NCBI RefSeq assembly: GCF_036321535.1
Contig: NC_087436.1
Coordinates: 1,984,001-2,048,000 of the forward strand
Length of the DNA stretch: 64,000 nucleotides
Direction of reading: 5' to 3'
From: Camelus dromedarius
Lineage: Eukaryota
Shown here: one piece after another, positions 51,301 to 64,000 of the stretch
Layout: each line of letters opens with the position of its first letter
How positions within the stretch are numbered: the first letter of the stretch is position 1
The notes under the pieces: model-generated
Database searches by the model: none
What the model was told of the DNA's origin: nothing
The model's input: only the letters and a program-made list of their open reading frames with translations
Made by a program: the position numbers and the translations under genes

Positions 51301-54300
51301 CACACACAAATATCTCTCAGAACTGAGCATGTGGAGAGACGTTCGTTCATCTAGCACAAAGGGAACGGGATGGAGGAGAAATTTTACTCTGGTTTCTCAG
51401 TCTTTTTCCTAGTGCCGGTTTGAAGTACTTGCAGTTTTCTCTGTAAAACCGATTTGGAGCTAGTACCTCCCCATATATATGTATGGATTGGAGTTTGCAA
51501 GTGAAACGAAACTTTGTGTTCCCAACAAGCTAGGTGAAGTACGGCTTTCACAAACACTTATCTCTCAGAACTGAGCATGTTGCGAGACGTTCGTTCATCT
51601 AGCACAAAGGGAACGGGTTGCAGGATAAACTTTTACTCTGGTTTCTCAGTCTGTTTCCTAGTGCCGGTTTGAATTTCCTGCAATTTTCACTGTAAAACCG
51701 AGTTGGGGCTAGTACCTCCCCATATATATGTATGGAGTGGAGTTTGCATCTGAAAAGAAACTTTGTGTTCCCAACAATCTAGGTGAAGAACGGCTTTCAT
51801 ACACACTTATCTCTCAGAACTGAGCATGTGGAGAGACTTTCGTTCATTTAGCACAAAGGGAACGGGTTGCAGTAGAAAATTTTACTCTGGTTTCTCAGTC
51901 TGTTTCCTAGTGCCGGTTTGAAGTTCCTGCAGTTTTTACTGTAAACCTGAGTTGGGGCTAGTACCTCCCCATATATATGTATGGAGTGGAGTTTTCAAGT
52001 GAAAAGAAACTTTGTGTTCCCAACAAGCTAGGTGAAGGACGGCTTTCAAACACACTTATCTCTCAGAACTGAGCATGTGGAGAGAATTTCGTGCATCTAG
52101 CACAAAGGGAACGGGTTGCAGGAGAAATTTTTTCCCTGGATTTTCATTCTTTTTCCTAGTGCCGGTTTGAAGTTCTTGCAGTTTTCACTGTAAAACCGAG
52201 TTGGAGCTCGTATCTACCCATATATATGTATGGAGTGGAGTTTGCAAGTGAAAGGAAACTTTGTGTTCCCAACAAGCTAAGTGAAGGACGGCTTTCACAC
52301 ACACTTATCTCTCAGAACTGAGCATGTGGAGAGACGTTCGTTCATCTAGCACAAAGGGAACGGGTTGCTGGAGAAACTTTTACTCTGGTTTCTCAGTCTG
52401 TTTCCTAGTGCCGTTTTGAAGTTCCTGCAGTTTTCACTGTAAAACCGAGTTGGAGCTAGTACCTACCCATATATAAGTATGGAGTGGAGTTTGCAACTGA
52501 AAACAAACTTTGTGTTCCCAAAAAGCTAGGTGAAGGACGGCTTTCACTCACATTTATCTCTCAGAACTGAGCATGTGGAGAGAATTTCGTTCATCTAGCA
52601 CAAAGGGAACGGGTTGCAGGAGAAATTTTTACTCTGGTTTTTCATTCATTTTCCTAGTGCCGGTTTGAAGTTCTTGCAGTTTTCACTGTAAAACCGAGTT
52701 GGAGTAAGTATCTACCCATATATATGTTTGGAGTGGAGTTTGCAAGTGAAAGGAAACTTTGTGTTCCCAACAAGCTAGGTAATGGACGGCTTTCGCACAC
52801 ACTTATCTCTGAGAACTGAGCATGTGGAGAGACGTTCGTTCATCTATCACAAAGGGAACGGGTTGCAGGAGAAACTTTTACTCTGGTTTCTCAGTCTGTT
52901 TCCTAGTTCCGGTTTGAAGTTCCTGCAGTTTTCAGTGTAAAACCGAGTTGGGGCTAGTACCTACCGTTATATATGTATGGAGTGTAGTTTGCAACTGAAA
53001 AGAAACTTTGTGTTCCCAAAAAGCTAGGTGAAGGACGGCTTTCACACACACTTATCTCTCAGAAATGAGCATGTGGAGAGACGTTCGTTCATCTAGCACA
53101 AAGGGAATGGGTTGCAGGGGAAACTTTTACTCTGGTTTCTCAGTCTGTTTCCTAGTGCCGGTTTGAAGTTCCTTCAGTTTTCAGTGTAAAACTGAGTTGG
53201 GGCTAGTACCTCCCCATAAATATGTATGGAGTGGAGTTCGCAACTGAAAAGAAACTTTGTGTTCCCAACAATCAAGTTGAAGGACGGCTTTCACCCACAC
53301 TTATCTCTCAGAACTGAGCATGTGGAGAGACGTTCGTTCATCTAGCACAAATGGAACGGGTTGCAGGAGAAAATTTTACTCTGGTTTCTCAGACTGTTTA
53401 ATAGTGCCGGTTGGAAGTTCCTGCAGATATCACTGTAAAACCGAGTTGGAGATTGGAGCTCCCCATATATATGTATGGAGTGGAGTTTGCAACTGAAAAG
53501 AAACTCTGTGTTCCCAAAAAGTTAGGTGAAGGACGGCTTTCAAACACACTTATCTCTAAGAACTGAGCATGTGGAGAGACGTTCGTTCATCTAGCACAAA
53601 GGGAACGGGTTGCAGGAGAAATTTTTACTCTGGATTCTCAGTCTGTTTCCTAGTGCCAGTTTGAAGTTCCTGCAGTTTTCACTGTAAAACCGAGTTGGGG
53701 CTAGTACCTAACCATATATAGGTATGGAGTGGAGTTTGCTTCTGAAAAGAAACTTTGTGTTCCCTACAAGCTAGGTGAAAGAAGGCTTTCACACACACTT
53801 CTCTCTCAGAACTGAGCATGTGGAGAGACGTTCGTTCATCTAGCACAAAGGGAACGGGTTGCAGGAAAAACTTTTACTCTGGTTCCTCAGTCTGTTTCCT
53901 AGTGCCGGGTTGAATTTCCTGCAGTTTTCACTGTAAACCGAGTTGGTGCTAGTACCTACCGATATATATGTATGGAGTGGATTTTGCAACTGAACAGAAA
54001 CTTTGTGTTCCCAAAAAGCTTGGTGAAGTACGGCTTTCACACACACTTATCTCTCAGAACTGAGCATGTGGAGAGACGTTCGTTCATCCAGCACAAGGGG
54101 AATGGGTTGCATTAGAAACTTATACTCTGGTTTCTCAGTCTGTTTCTTAGTGCCGGTTTGAAGTTCCTGCAGTTTTCACAGTAAAACCGAGTTGGAGCTA
54201 GTACCTCCCCATATATATGTATGGAGTGGAGTTTGCAACTGAAAAGAAACTTTGTGTTCCCAAAAAGCTAGGTGAAGGACGGCTTTCACTCACACTTATT

Positions 54301-57300
54301 TCTCAGAACTGAGCATGTGGAGAGACGTTCGTTCATCTAGCACAAATGGAACGGGTTGATGGAGAAACTTTTACTCTGGTTTCTCAGTCTGTTTCCTAGT
54401 GCCGGTTTGAAGTTCCTGCAGTTTTCACTGTAAAACAGAGGTGGAGCTAGTACCTCCCCATATATATGTATGCAGTGGAGTTTCCAACTGAAAAGAAACT
54501 TTGTGTTCCCAAGAAGCTAGGTGAAGGACGGCTTTCACACACACTTATCTCTCAGAACTGAGCATGTGGAGAGACGTTCGTTCATCTAGCACAAAGGGAA
54601 CGGGTTGCAGGAGAAACTTATACTCTGGTTTCTCAGTCTTTATCCTAGTTCCGGTTTGAAGTTCCTGCAGTGTTCAGTGTAAAAACGAGTTGGAGCTATT
54701 ATCTCCCCATAAATATGTATAGAGTGGAGTTTGCAACTGAAAACAAACTTTGTGTTCCCAACAAGCTAGGTGAAGGGCGGCTTTCACACACAATTATCTC
54801 TCAGAACTGAGCATGTGGAGAGACGTTCGTTCATCTAGCACAAAGGGAACAGGTTGCAGGAGAAACTTTTACTCTGGTTTCTCAGTCTGTTTCCTAGTGC
54901 CGGTTTGAAGTTCCTGCAGTTTTCACTGTAAAACCGAGTTGGGGCTAGTACCTAACCATATATATGTATGGAGTGGTGTTTGCATCTGAAAAGAAACATT
55001 GTGCTCCCTACAAGCTAGGTGAAAGAAGGCTTTCACACACACTTATCTCTCAGAACAAGGCATGTGGAGAGACGTTCGTTCATCTAGCACAAAGGAACGG
55101 GTTGCAGGAGAAACTTTTACTCTGGTTCCTCAGTCTGTTTCCTAGTGCCGGTTTGAAGTTCCTGCCGTTTTCACTGTAAAACCGAGTTGGAACCAGGAGC
55201 TCCCCATAAATATGTGTGGAGTGGAGTTTGCAACTGAAAAGAAACTTCTGTTCCCAAGAAGCTAGTTGAAGTACGGCTTTCACACACACTTATCTCTCAG
55301 AACTGAGCATTTGGAGAGACGTTCGTTCATCTAGCACAAAGGGAACGGGTTGCAGGAGAAACTTTTACTCTGGTTTCTCAGTCTGTTTCCTAGTGCCGTT
55401 TTGAAGTTCCTGCAGTTTTCACTGTAAAAGGGAGTTGGGGCTAGTACCTCCCCATATATATGTATGGAGTGGAGTTTGCAACTGAAAAGAAACTTTGTGT
55501 TCAAAACAAGCAAGGTGAAGGACGGCTTTCACACACACTTATCTCTCAGAACTGAGCATGTGGAGAGACGTTCGTTCATCTAGCACAAAGGGAACGGGTT
55601 GCATGAGAAACTTTTACTCTAGTTTCTCAGTCTGTTTCTTAGTGCCGGTATGAAGTTCCTTCAGTTTTCACTGTAAAACAGTGTTGGAGCTAGTACCTCC
55701 CCATAAATATGTATGGAGTGTAGTTTGCAACTGAAAAGAAACTTTCTGTTCCCAAGAAGCTAGGTGATGGACGGCTTTCACACACACTTATCACTCAGAA
55801 CTGAGCATGTGGAGAGACGTTCGTACATCTAGCACAAAGGGAACGGGTTGCAGGAGAAACTTTTACCCTGGTTTCTCAGTTTGTTTCCTAGTGCCGGTTT
55901 GAAGTTCCTGCAGTTTTCACTGTAAAATCGAGTTGGAGCTAGTACCTCCCCATATATATGTATGGAGTGGAGTTTCCAACTGAAAAGAAACTTTGTGTTC
56001 CCAACAAGCTAGGTGAAGGACGGCTTTCACACACACTTATCTCTCAGAACTGAGCATGTGGAGAGACGTTCATTCATCAAGCACAAATGGAACGGTTTGC
56101 AGAAGAAACTTTTACTCTGGTTTCTCAGACTGTTTCCTAGTGCCGGTTTGAAGTTCCCGCAGTTTTCACTGTAAAATCGATTTGGAGCTAATACCTCCCC
56201 ATATATATGTAAGGAGTGGAGTTTGCAACTGAAAAGAAACTTTGTGTTCCCAACAAGCTAGGTGAAGTACGGCTTTCACAAACACTTATCTCTCAGAACT
56301 GAGCATGTTGAGAGACGTTCGTTCATTTAGCACAAGGGAACGGTTTGCAGGAGAAACTTTTACTCTGCTTTCTCATTCTGTTTCCTAGTGCCGGTTTGAA
56401 GTTCCTGCAGTTTTCACTGTAAAATCTTGTTGGAGCTAGTACACCCCCATATATATATATGGATTGGAGTTTGCAAGTCAAAAGAAATTTTGTGTTCCCA
56501 AAAAGCTAGGTGAAGGACGGCTTTCACACACACTTATCTCTCAGAACTGAGAATGTGGAGAGACATTCGTTCATCTAGCAAAAAGGGAACGGGTTGCAGG
56601 TGTAACTTTTACTCTGGTTTCTCAGTCTTTTTCCTAGTGCCGGTTTGAAGTTCCTGCAGTGTTCACTGTAAAAAGGATTTGGAGCTATTATCTCCCCATA
56701 AATATGTATGGAGTGGAGTTTGCAACTGAAAAGAAACTTTGTGTTCCCAACAATCTAGGTGAAGGGCAGCTTTCACACACACTTATCTCTCAGAACTGAG
56801 CATGTGGAGAGACGATCGTTCATCAAGCACAAAGGGAACGGGTTGCAGGAGAAACTTTTACTCTGGATTCTCAGTCTGTTTCCTAGTGCCGGTTTGAAGT
56901 TCCAGTTGTTTTCACTGTAAAACCGTGATGGAGCAATTACCTACCCATATATATGTATGGAGAGGAGTTTGCAACTGAAAAGAAACTTTGTGTTCCCAAC
57001 AAGCTAGGTGAAGGACGACTTTCACACACACTTATCTCTCAGAACTGAGCATGTGGAGAGACGTTCGTTCATAAAGCACAAAAGGAACGGTTTGCAGGAG
57101 TAACTTTTACTCTGGTTTCTCAGTATTTTTCCTACTGTAGGTTTGAAGTTCCTGCAGTTTTCACTGTAAAACCGAGTTGGAGATATTACCTCCCCATAAA
57201 TATGTATGGAGTGGAGTTTGCAACTGAAAAGAAACTTTGTGTTCCCAACAAGCTAGGATGAAGGACGGCTTTCACACACACATATCTCTCAGAACTGAGC

Positions 57301-60300
57301 ATGTGAAGAAACGTTCGTTCATAAAGCACAAAGGGAACGGGTTGCAGGAGAAACTTTTACTCTGTTTCTCAGTCTGTTTCCTAGTGCCGGTTTGAGGTTC
57401 CTGCAGTTTTCACTGTAAAAACGAGTTGGAGCTAGTACCTCCGCATATATATGTATGGAGTGGAGTTTGCAACTGAAAAGAAACTTTGTGACCCCAAAAA
57501 GCTAGGTGAAGGACGGCTTTCACACAGGCTTATCTCTCAAAACTGAGTATGTGGAGAGACGTTCGTTCATCTAGCAAAAAGGGAACAGGTTGCAGGAGAA
57601 ACTTTTACTCTGGTTTCTCAGTTGGTTTCCTAGTGCCGGTTTGAAGTTCCTGCAGTTTTCACTGCAAAACCGAGTTGGAGCTTGTACCTCCCCTTGTATA
57701 TATATAGATTGGAGTTTGCAAGTGAAAAGAAACTTTGTGTTCCCAACAAGCTAGGTGACGGACGGCTTTCACACACCCTTATCTCTCAGAACTGAGCATG
57801 TGGAGAGACGTTCGTTCATCTAGCACGAAGGGAATGGTTTACAGGAGAAACTTTTACTCTGGTTTCTCAGTCTGTTTCCTTGTGACGGTTTGAAGTTCCT
57901 GCATTTTTCACTGTAAAACCGAGTTGGAGCTAGTACCTCCCCATAAATATGTATGGATTGGAGTTTGCAACTGAAAAGAATCTTTGTATTCCGAAGAAGC
58001 TAGGTGAAGGACGGCTTTCACACACACTTATCTCTCAGAACAGAGCATGTGGAGAGACGTTCGTTCTTCTAGCACAAAGGGAACGGGTTGCAGGAGAAAG
58101 ATTTACACTGGTTTCTCAGTATGTTTCCTAGTGCCGGTTTGAAGTTCCTGCAGTTTTCACTGTAAAACCGAGTTGGAACTAGTACCTCCCCATATATATG
58201 TATGGAGTGGAGTTTGCAACTGAAAAGAAACTTTGTGTTCCCAACAAGCTAGGTGAAGGACGGCTTTCACACACACTTATCTCTCTGAACTGAGCATGTG
58301 GAGAGACGATCGTTCATCAAGCACAAAGGGAACGGGTTGCAGGAGAAACTTTTACTCTGGTTCTCAGTCTGTTTCCTAGTGCCGGTTTTTATTTCCTGCA
58401 GTTTTCACTGTAAAACAGAGTTGGAGCTAGTACCTTCCCATGAATATGTATGGAGTGGATTTTGCAAGTGAAAAGAAACCTTGTGTTCCCAACAAGCTAG
58501 TTGAAGGACGGCTTTCACACACACTTATCTCTCAGAACTGAGCATGTGGAGAGACGTTCGTTCATCTAGCACAAGGGGAAACGTTTGCAGGAGAAACTTT
58601 TATCCTGGTTTCTCAGTGTGTTTCCTGTTGCTTTTTTGAAGTTCCTGCAGTTTTTACTGTAAAACCGAGTTGGAGCTAGTACTTCCCCTTATATATGTAT
58701 GGAGTGGAGTTTCAACTGAAAAGAAACTTTGTGTTCCCAACAAGCTAGGTGAAGGACGGCTTTCACACACACTTATCTCTCAGAACTGAGCGTGTGAAGA
58801 GACCTTCGTTCATCTAGCACAAAGGGAACGGGTTGCAGGAGAAACTTTTACTCTGGTTTCACAGTCTGTTTCCTAGGGCCGGTTTGAAGTTCCTGCATGA
58901 TTCACTGTAAAACCGTGTTGGGGCTAGTACCTCCCCATATATATATATGGAGTGGAGTTTGCAACTGAAAAGAAACTTTGTGTTCCCAACAACATAGGTG
59001 AAGGACGGCTTTCACACACACTTATCTCTCAGAACATAGCATGTTCAGAGACGTTCGTTCATCTAGCACAAATGGAACGGGTTGTATTAGAAAATTTTAC
59101 TCTGGTTTCTCAGTCTGTTTCCTGTTGCTTGTTTGAATTTCCTGCAGTTTTCACTGTAAAACCGAGTTGGAGCTAGTACCTCCCCATATATATGTATGGA
59201 GTGGAGTATCAACTGAAAAGAAAATTTGTGTTCCCAAGAAGCAAGGTTAAGGACGGCTTTCACACACACTTTTCTCTCAGAACTGAGCATGTGGAGAGAC
59301 GTTCGTTCATGAAGCACAAAGGGAACGGGTTGCAGGAGAAACTTTTACTCTGGATTCTCAGTCTGTTTCCTAGTGCCGGTTTGAAGTTCCTGCATTTTTA
59401 ACTGTAAAACCGAGTTGGAGCTAGTACCTAACCATATATATTTATGGAGTGGAGTTTGCAACTGAAAAGAAACTTTGTGTTCCCAACAAGCTAGGTGAAA
59501 TACGGCTTTCACACACACTTATCTCTCAGAACTGAGCATGTGGAGAGACGATCGTTCATCAAGCACAAATGGAAAGTGTTGCAGGAGAAACTTTTACTCT
59601 GGTTTCTCAGTTTTTTTCCTACTGCCGGTTTGAAGTTCCTGCAGTTTTTACTGTAAACCGAGTTGGATATATTACCTCCCCACAAATATGTATGGAGTGG
59701 AGTTTGCAACTGAAAAGAAATTTTGTGTTCCCAACAAGCTAGGTGAAGGACGGCTTTCACACAAACTTATCTCTCAGAACTGAGCATGTGGAGAAACGTT
59801 CGTTCATAAAGCACAAAGGGAACGTGCTGCAGGAGCAAGTTTTACTCTGGTTTCTCAGTTTATTTCCTAGTGCCGGTTTGAAGTTCCTGCAGTTTTCACT
59901 GTAAAACCGGGTTGGAGCTAGTACCTCCCCATATATATGTATGGATTGGGGTTTGCAAGTGAAAAGAAACTTTGTGTTCCCAACAAGCTAGTTGAAGGAC
60001 GGCTTTCAAACACACTCATCTCTCAGAACTGATCATGTTCAGAAACGTTCGTTCATCTAGCACAAATGGAACGGGTTGCATTAGAAAATTTTACTCTGGT
60101 TTCTCAGTCGGTTTCCTTGTGCCGGTTTGAAGTTCCTGCACTTTTCACTGTAAAACCGAGTTGGAGCTAGTACCTCCCCATATATATGTATGGAGTGGAG
60201 TATCAACTGAAAAGAAACTTTGTGTTCCCAAGAAGCTAGGTGAAGGACGGCTTTCACACACAATTTTCCCTCAGAACTGAGCATGTGGAGAGACGTTCGT

Positions 60301-63300
60301 TCATCAAGCACAAAGGGAACGGGTTGCAGAAGAAACTTTTACTCTGTTTTCACAGTCTGTTTCCTACTGCCGGTTTGAAGTTCCTGCAGTTTTCACTGTA
60401 AAACCGAGTTGGAGCTAGTACCTCCCCATATATATGTATGGAGTGGAGTTTGCAACTGAAAAGAAACTTTGTGTTCCCAACAAGCTAGTTGAATGACGGC
60501 TTTCACACACACTTATCTCTTAGAACTGAGCATGTGGAGAGACGTTCGTTCATCTAGCACAAACGGAACGGGTTGCAGTAGAAACTTTTACTCTGGTTTC
60601 TAAGTCTGTTTCCTAGTGCCGGTTTGAAGTTCCTGCAGTTTTCACTGTAAAACCGAGTTGGAGCTAGTACCTCCCCATATATATGTATGGAGTGGAGTTT
60701 CAACGGAAAAGAAACTTTGTGTTCCCAACAAGGTAGGTGAAGGACGGCTTTCACACACAATTATCTCTCAGAACTGAGCATGTGGAGAGACTTTCATTCA
60801 TCTAGCTTAAAGGGAACGGGTTGCAGGAGAAACTTTTACTCATTTTTCTCAGTCTGTTTCCTAGTGCCCGTTTGAAGTTCCTGCAATTTTCACTGTAAAC
60901 CAGTGTTGGGGCTAGTACCACCCAATATATATGTATGGAGTGTAGTTTGCAACTGAAGAGAAACTTTGTGTTCCCAACAAGCTAGGTGAAGGATGGCTGT
61001 CACACACACTTATCTCTCAGAACTCAGCATGTGGAGAGACGTTCGTTCATCTAGCACAAAGGGAACGGGTTGCAGGAAAAACTTTTACTCATTTATCTCA
61101 GTGTGTTTCCTAGTGCCGGTTTGAAGTTCCTGCAGTTTTCACTGTAATACCGAGTTGGAGCTAGTAACTATCTATATATATGTATGGAGTGGAGTTTGCA
61201 AATGAAAAGAAACTTTGTGTTCCCAACAAGCTAGGTGAAGGACGGCTTTCACACACACTTATCTCTCAGAACTGAGCATGTTCAGAGACGTTTGTTCATC
61301 TAGCACATATGCAACGGTTTGCATTAGAAAATTTTACTCTGGTTTCTCAGTCTGTTTCCTAGTGCCTGTTTGAAGTTCCTGCAGTTTTCACTGTAAAACC
61401 GAGTTTGAGCTAGTACCTCCCCATATATATATATGGAGTGGAGTTTGCAAATGAAAAGAAACTTTGTGTTCCCTACAAGCTAGGTGAAGGACGGCTTTCA
61501 CACACACTTATCTCTCAGAATTGAGCATGTGGAGGGACTTTCGTTCATCTAGAACAAAGGGAACGGGTAGCAGCAGAAACTTTTACTCTTGTTTCTCAGT
61601 CTCTATCCTGTTGCCTCTTTGAAGTTCCTGCAGTTTTCACTGTAAAACAGAGTTGGAACTAGTACCTCCCCATATATATTTATGGAGTGGAGTTTGCAAC
61701 TGAAAAGAAACTTTGTGTTCCCTACAAGCTAGGTGAAGGACGGCTTTCACACACACTTATCTCTCAGACCTGAGCATGTGGAGAGACTTTCGTTCATCTA
61801 GCACAAAGGGAAAGGGTTGCAGGAGAAACTTTTACTCTGGATTCTCAGTCTGTTTCCTAGTGCCGGTTTGAAGTTCCAGCTGTTTTCACTGTAAAACAGA
61901 GTTGGAGCTAGTACCTCCCCATACATATGTATGGAGAGGAGTTTGCAACTGAAAAGAAACTTTGTGTTCCCAACAAGCTAGGTGAAGGACGGCTTTCACA
62001 CACACTTATCTCTCAGAACTGAGCATGTGGAGACACTTTCGTTCATCTATCACAAAGGGAACGGGTTGCAGGAGAAAATTTTACTCTGGTTTCTCAGTCT
62101 GTTTCCTAGTGCCCGTTTGAAGTTCCTGCAGTTTTCTCTGTAAAACCGAGTTGGAGCTAGTACCTCCCCATATATATGTATGGATTGGAGTTTGCAACTG
62201 AAGAGAAACTTTGTGTTCCCAACAAGCTATGTGAAGGACTTATTTCACACACAATTATCTCTGAGAACTGAGCATGTGGAGAGACGTTCGTTCATCTAGC
62301 ACAAAGGAAACGGGTAGCAGGATAAACTTTTACTCTGGTTTCTCAGTCTGTTTAGTGTTGGCGGTTTGAAGTTCCTGCAGTTTTCACTGTAAAACCGAGT
62401 TGGATTTAGTACCTCCCCATATATATGTATGGAGTGGAGTTTGCAACTGAAAAGAAACTTTCTTTTCCCAACAAGCTAGGGGAAGGACGGCATTAACACA
62501 CACTTATCTCTCAGAACTAAGCATGTGGAGAGACGTTCGTTCATCTAGCACAAAGGGAACGGGTTGCAGGTGAAACTTTTACTCTGGTTTCTCAGTCTGT
62601 TTCCTAGTGCCGGTTTGAAGTTTCTGCAGTTTTCACCGTAAAACCGTGTTGGAGCTAGTACCTCCGCATATATATGTATGGATTGGAGTGTGCAAGTGAA
62701 AAGAAACTTTGTGTTCCCAACAAGCTAGGTGAAGGACGGCTTTCACACACACTTATCTCTCAGAACTGAGCATGTGGGGAGACGTCCGTTCACCTAGCAC
62801 AAAGGGAACGGGTTGCAGGAGGAACTTTTACTCTGGTTTCTAAGTCTGTTTCCTAGTGCAGGTTTTAAGTTCCTGCAATTTTCACTGTAAATCCGAGTTG
62901 GGGCTAGTACCTCCCCATATATATGGATGGATTGGAGTTCGCAACTGAAAAGAAACTTTGTGTTCCCAACAAGCTAGGTGAAGGACGGCTTTCACACACA
63001 CTTATCTCTCAGAACTGGGCAAGTGGAGACACGTTCGTTCATCTAGCACAAAGGGAAATGTTTGCAGGAGAAAGTTTTTCTCTGGTTTGTCAGTCTGTTT
63101 CCTGTTGCCGGTTTAAAGTTCCTGCAGTATTCACTGTAAAACCGAGTTGTGGCTTGAACATCCCCATGTATATGTATGGATTGGAGTTTTCAAGTGAAAA
63201 GAAACTTTGTGTTCCCAACAAGCTAAGTGAAGGACGGCTTTCACACACACATTTCTCTCAGAACTGAGCATCTGAGAGACGTTCGTTCATCTAGCACAAA

Positions 63301-64000
63301 GGGAACTGGTTGCAGGAGAAACTTTTACTCATTTATCTCAGTCTGTTTCTTAGTGCCGGTTTGGAGTTCTTGCAGTTTTCACTGTAACACCGAGTTGGGT
63401 CTAGTACCTCCCCATATATATGTATGGAGTGCAGTTTGCATCTGAAAAGAAACTTTGTGTTCCCCAGAAGCTAGGTGAAGGACGGCTTTCACACACACTT
63501 ATCTCTCAGAACTGAGCATCTGGAGAGACTTTCGTTCATCTAGCACAAAGAGAGAGGGTGGCAGGAGAAAATTTTACTCTTGTTTCTCAGTCTGTTTCCT
63601 AGTGCCGGTTTGAAGTTCCTGCAGTTTTCACTGTAAAATAGTGTTGGGGCTACTACCTCCCCATATATATGCATGGAGTGGAGTTTGCAAATCAAAAGAA
63701 ACATTGTGTTTCCAACAAGCTATGTGAAGGACGGCTTTCACACACACTTATCTCTCAGATCTAGGCAATTGGAGAGACGTTCGTTCATCTAGCAAAAAGA
63801 GAACGGTTTGCAGGAGAAATTTTTCTCTGGTTTCTCAGTCTGTTTCCTGTTGCCGGTTTAAAGTTCCTACAGTTTTCACTTCAAAACCGAGTTGGAGCTT
63901 GTACCACCCCATATATATGTATGGATTGGAGTTTGCAACTTAAAGGAACTTTGTGTTCCCAAGAAGCTAGGTGAAGGACGGCTTTCACACACACTTATCT
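48350..64000. repeat. Diverged, largely monomeric satellite layer
   Basis: Same monomer, but each copy carries mostly private substitutions. No long near-identical blocks, and the HOR marker monomers of the proximal domain are absent. Confidence 0.85.

Larger units (their letters stand above)
1..64000. repeat. Tandem satellite DNA array, 248-249 bp monomer, ~257 copies, single orientation
   Basis: Approximate consensus: GAGCATGTGGAGAGACGTTCGTTCATCTAGCACAAAGGGAACGGGTTGCAGGAGAAACTTTTACTCTGGTTTCTCAGTCTGTTTCCTAGTGCCGGTTTGAAGTTCCTGCAGTTTTCACTGTAAAACCGAGTTGGAGCTAGTACCTCCCCATATATATGTATGGAGTGGAGTTTGCAACTGAAAAGAAACTTTGTGTTCCCAACAAGCTAGGTGAAGGACGGCTTTCACACACACTTATCTCTCAGAACT. It recurs continuously, e.g. 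GAGCATG at 16805 and 17054 (249 bp apart). Many copies are 248 bp through loss of one G (CTCTGTTTC). The array runs off both ends of the window. Confidence 0.99.

Noticed and set aside
187..63445. Recurrent 60-114 aa ORFs (MCVKAVL..., MYGVEF..., MLDERTS...)
   Set aside because: They are translations of the satellite monomer, many starting at GTG or TTG. Frames switch with 1-bp indels between copies, stops recur each monomer, and I recognise no domain.
1..64000. CRISPR array or repeat-spacer system
   Set aside because: The entire 249-bp unit is repeated. There are no unique spacers, no leader and no cas or other genes.
1..64000. Alpha-satellite identity suggested by words such as TCTCAGAA, GCAGTTTT, TTTGCAAGTG
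   Set aside because: The matches are short and not convincingly collinear, and the period is 249 rather than 171 or 340 bp. A profile search would be needed to claim homology.
1..64000. Tandem tRNA, 5S rRNA, snRNA or SINE array
   Set aside because: I see no cloverleaf, 5S-like sequence, convincing Pol III A/B boxes or poly-A tail. An Rfam cmscan would settle it.
1..64000. Transposon insertions or strand inversions within the array
   Set aside because: Monomer landmarks recur in phase and on the same strand throughout. I saw no foreign sequence.

Overview
The whole 64 kb window is one uninterrupted head-to-tail satellite DNA array of about 257 monomers of 248-249 bp, all in the same orientation. 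It is most likely eukaryotic (peri)centromeric or heterochromatic DNA; I cannot identify the species or family. I see no genes, RNA genes, transposons or CRISPR arrays, and the listed ORFs are by-products of the repeat. There is no protein-coding system here; the interest lies in the array architecture. (1) About 1-48.4 kb is a mosaic of reusable monomer variants forming unstable higher-order repeats: an 11-mer with 10-mer deletion derivatives, a related 14/13-mer cycle, a near-perfect 20-mer tandem duplication, a 12-mer duplication, dimer duplications and long dispersed block duplications. (2) About 48.4-64 kb is a more diverged, largely monomeric layer with only faint older periodicities, resembling an array edge. 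The monomer itself looks like an ancient dimer of about 124-bp halves, is rich in short dyads and lacks a canonical CENP-B box. All comparisons were made by eye; monomer letters (A, B, C...) are my own labels and boundaries are approximate unless stated.
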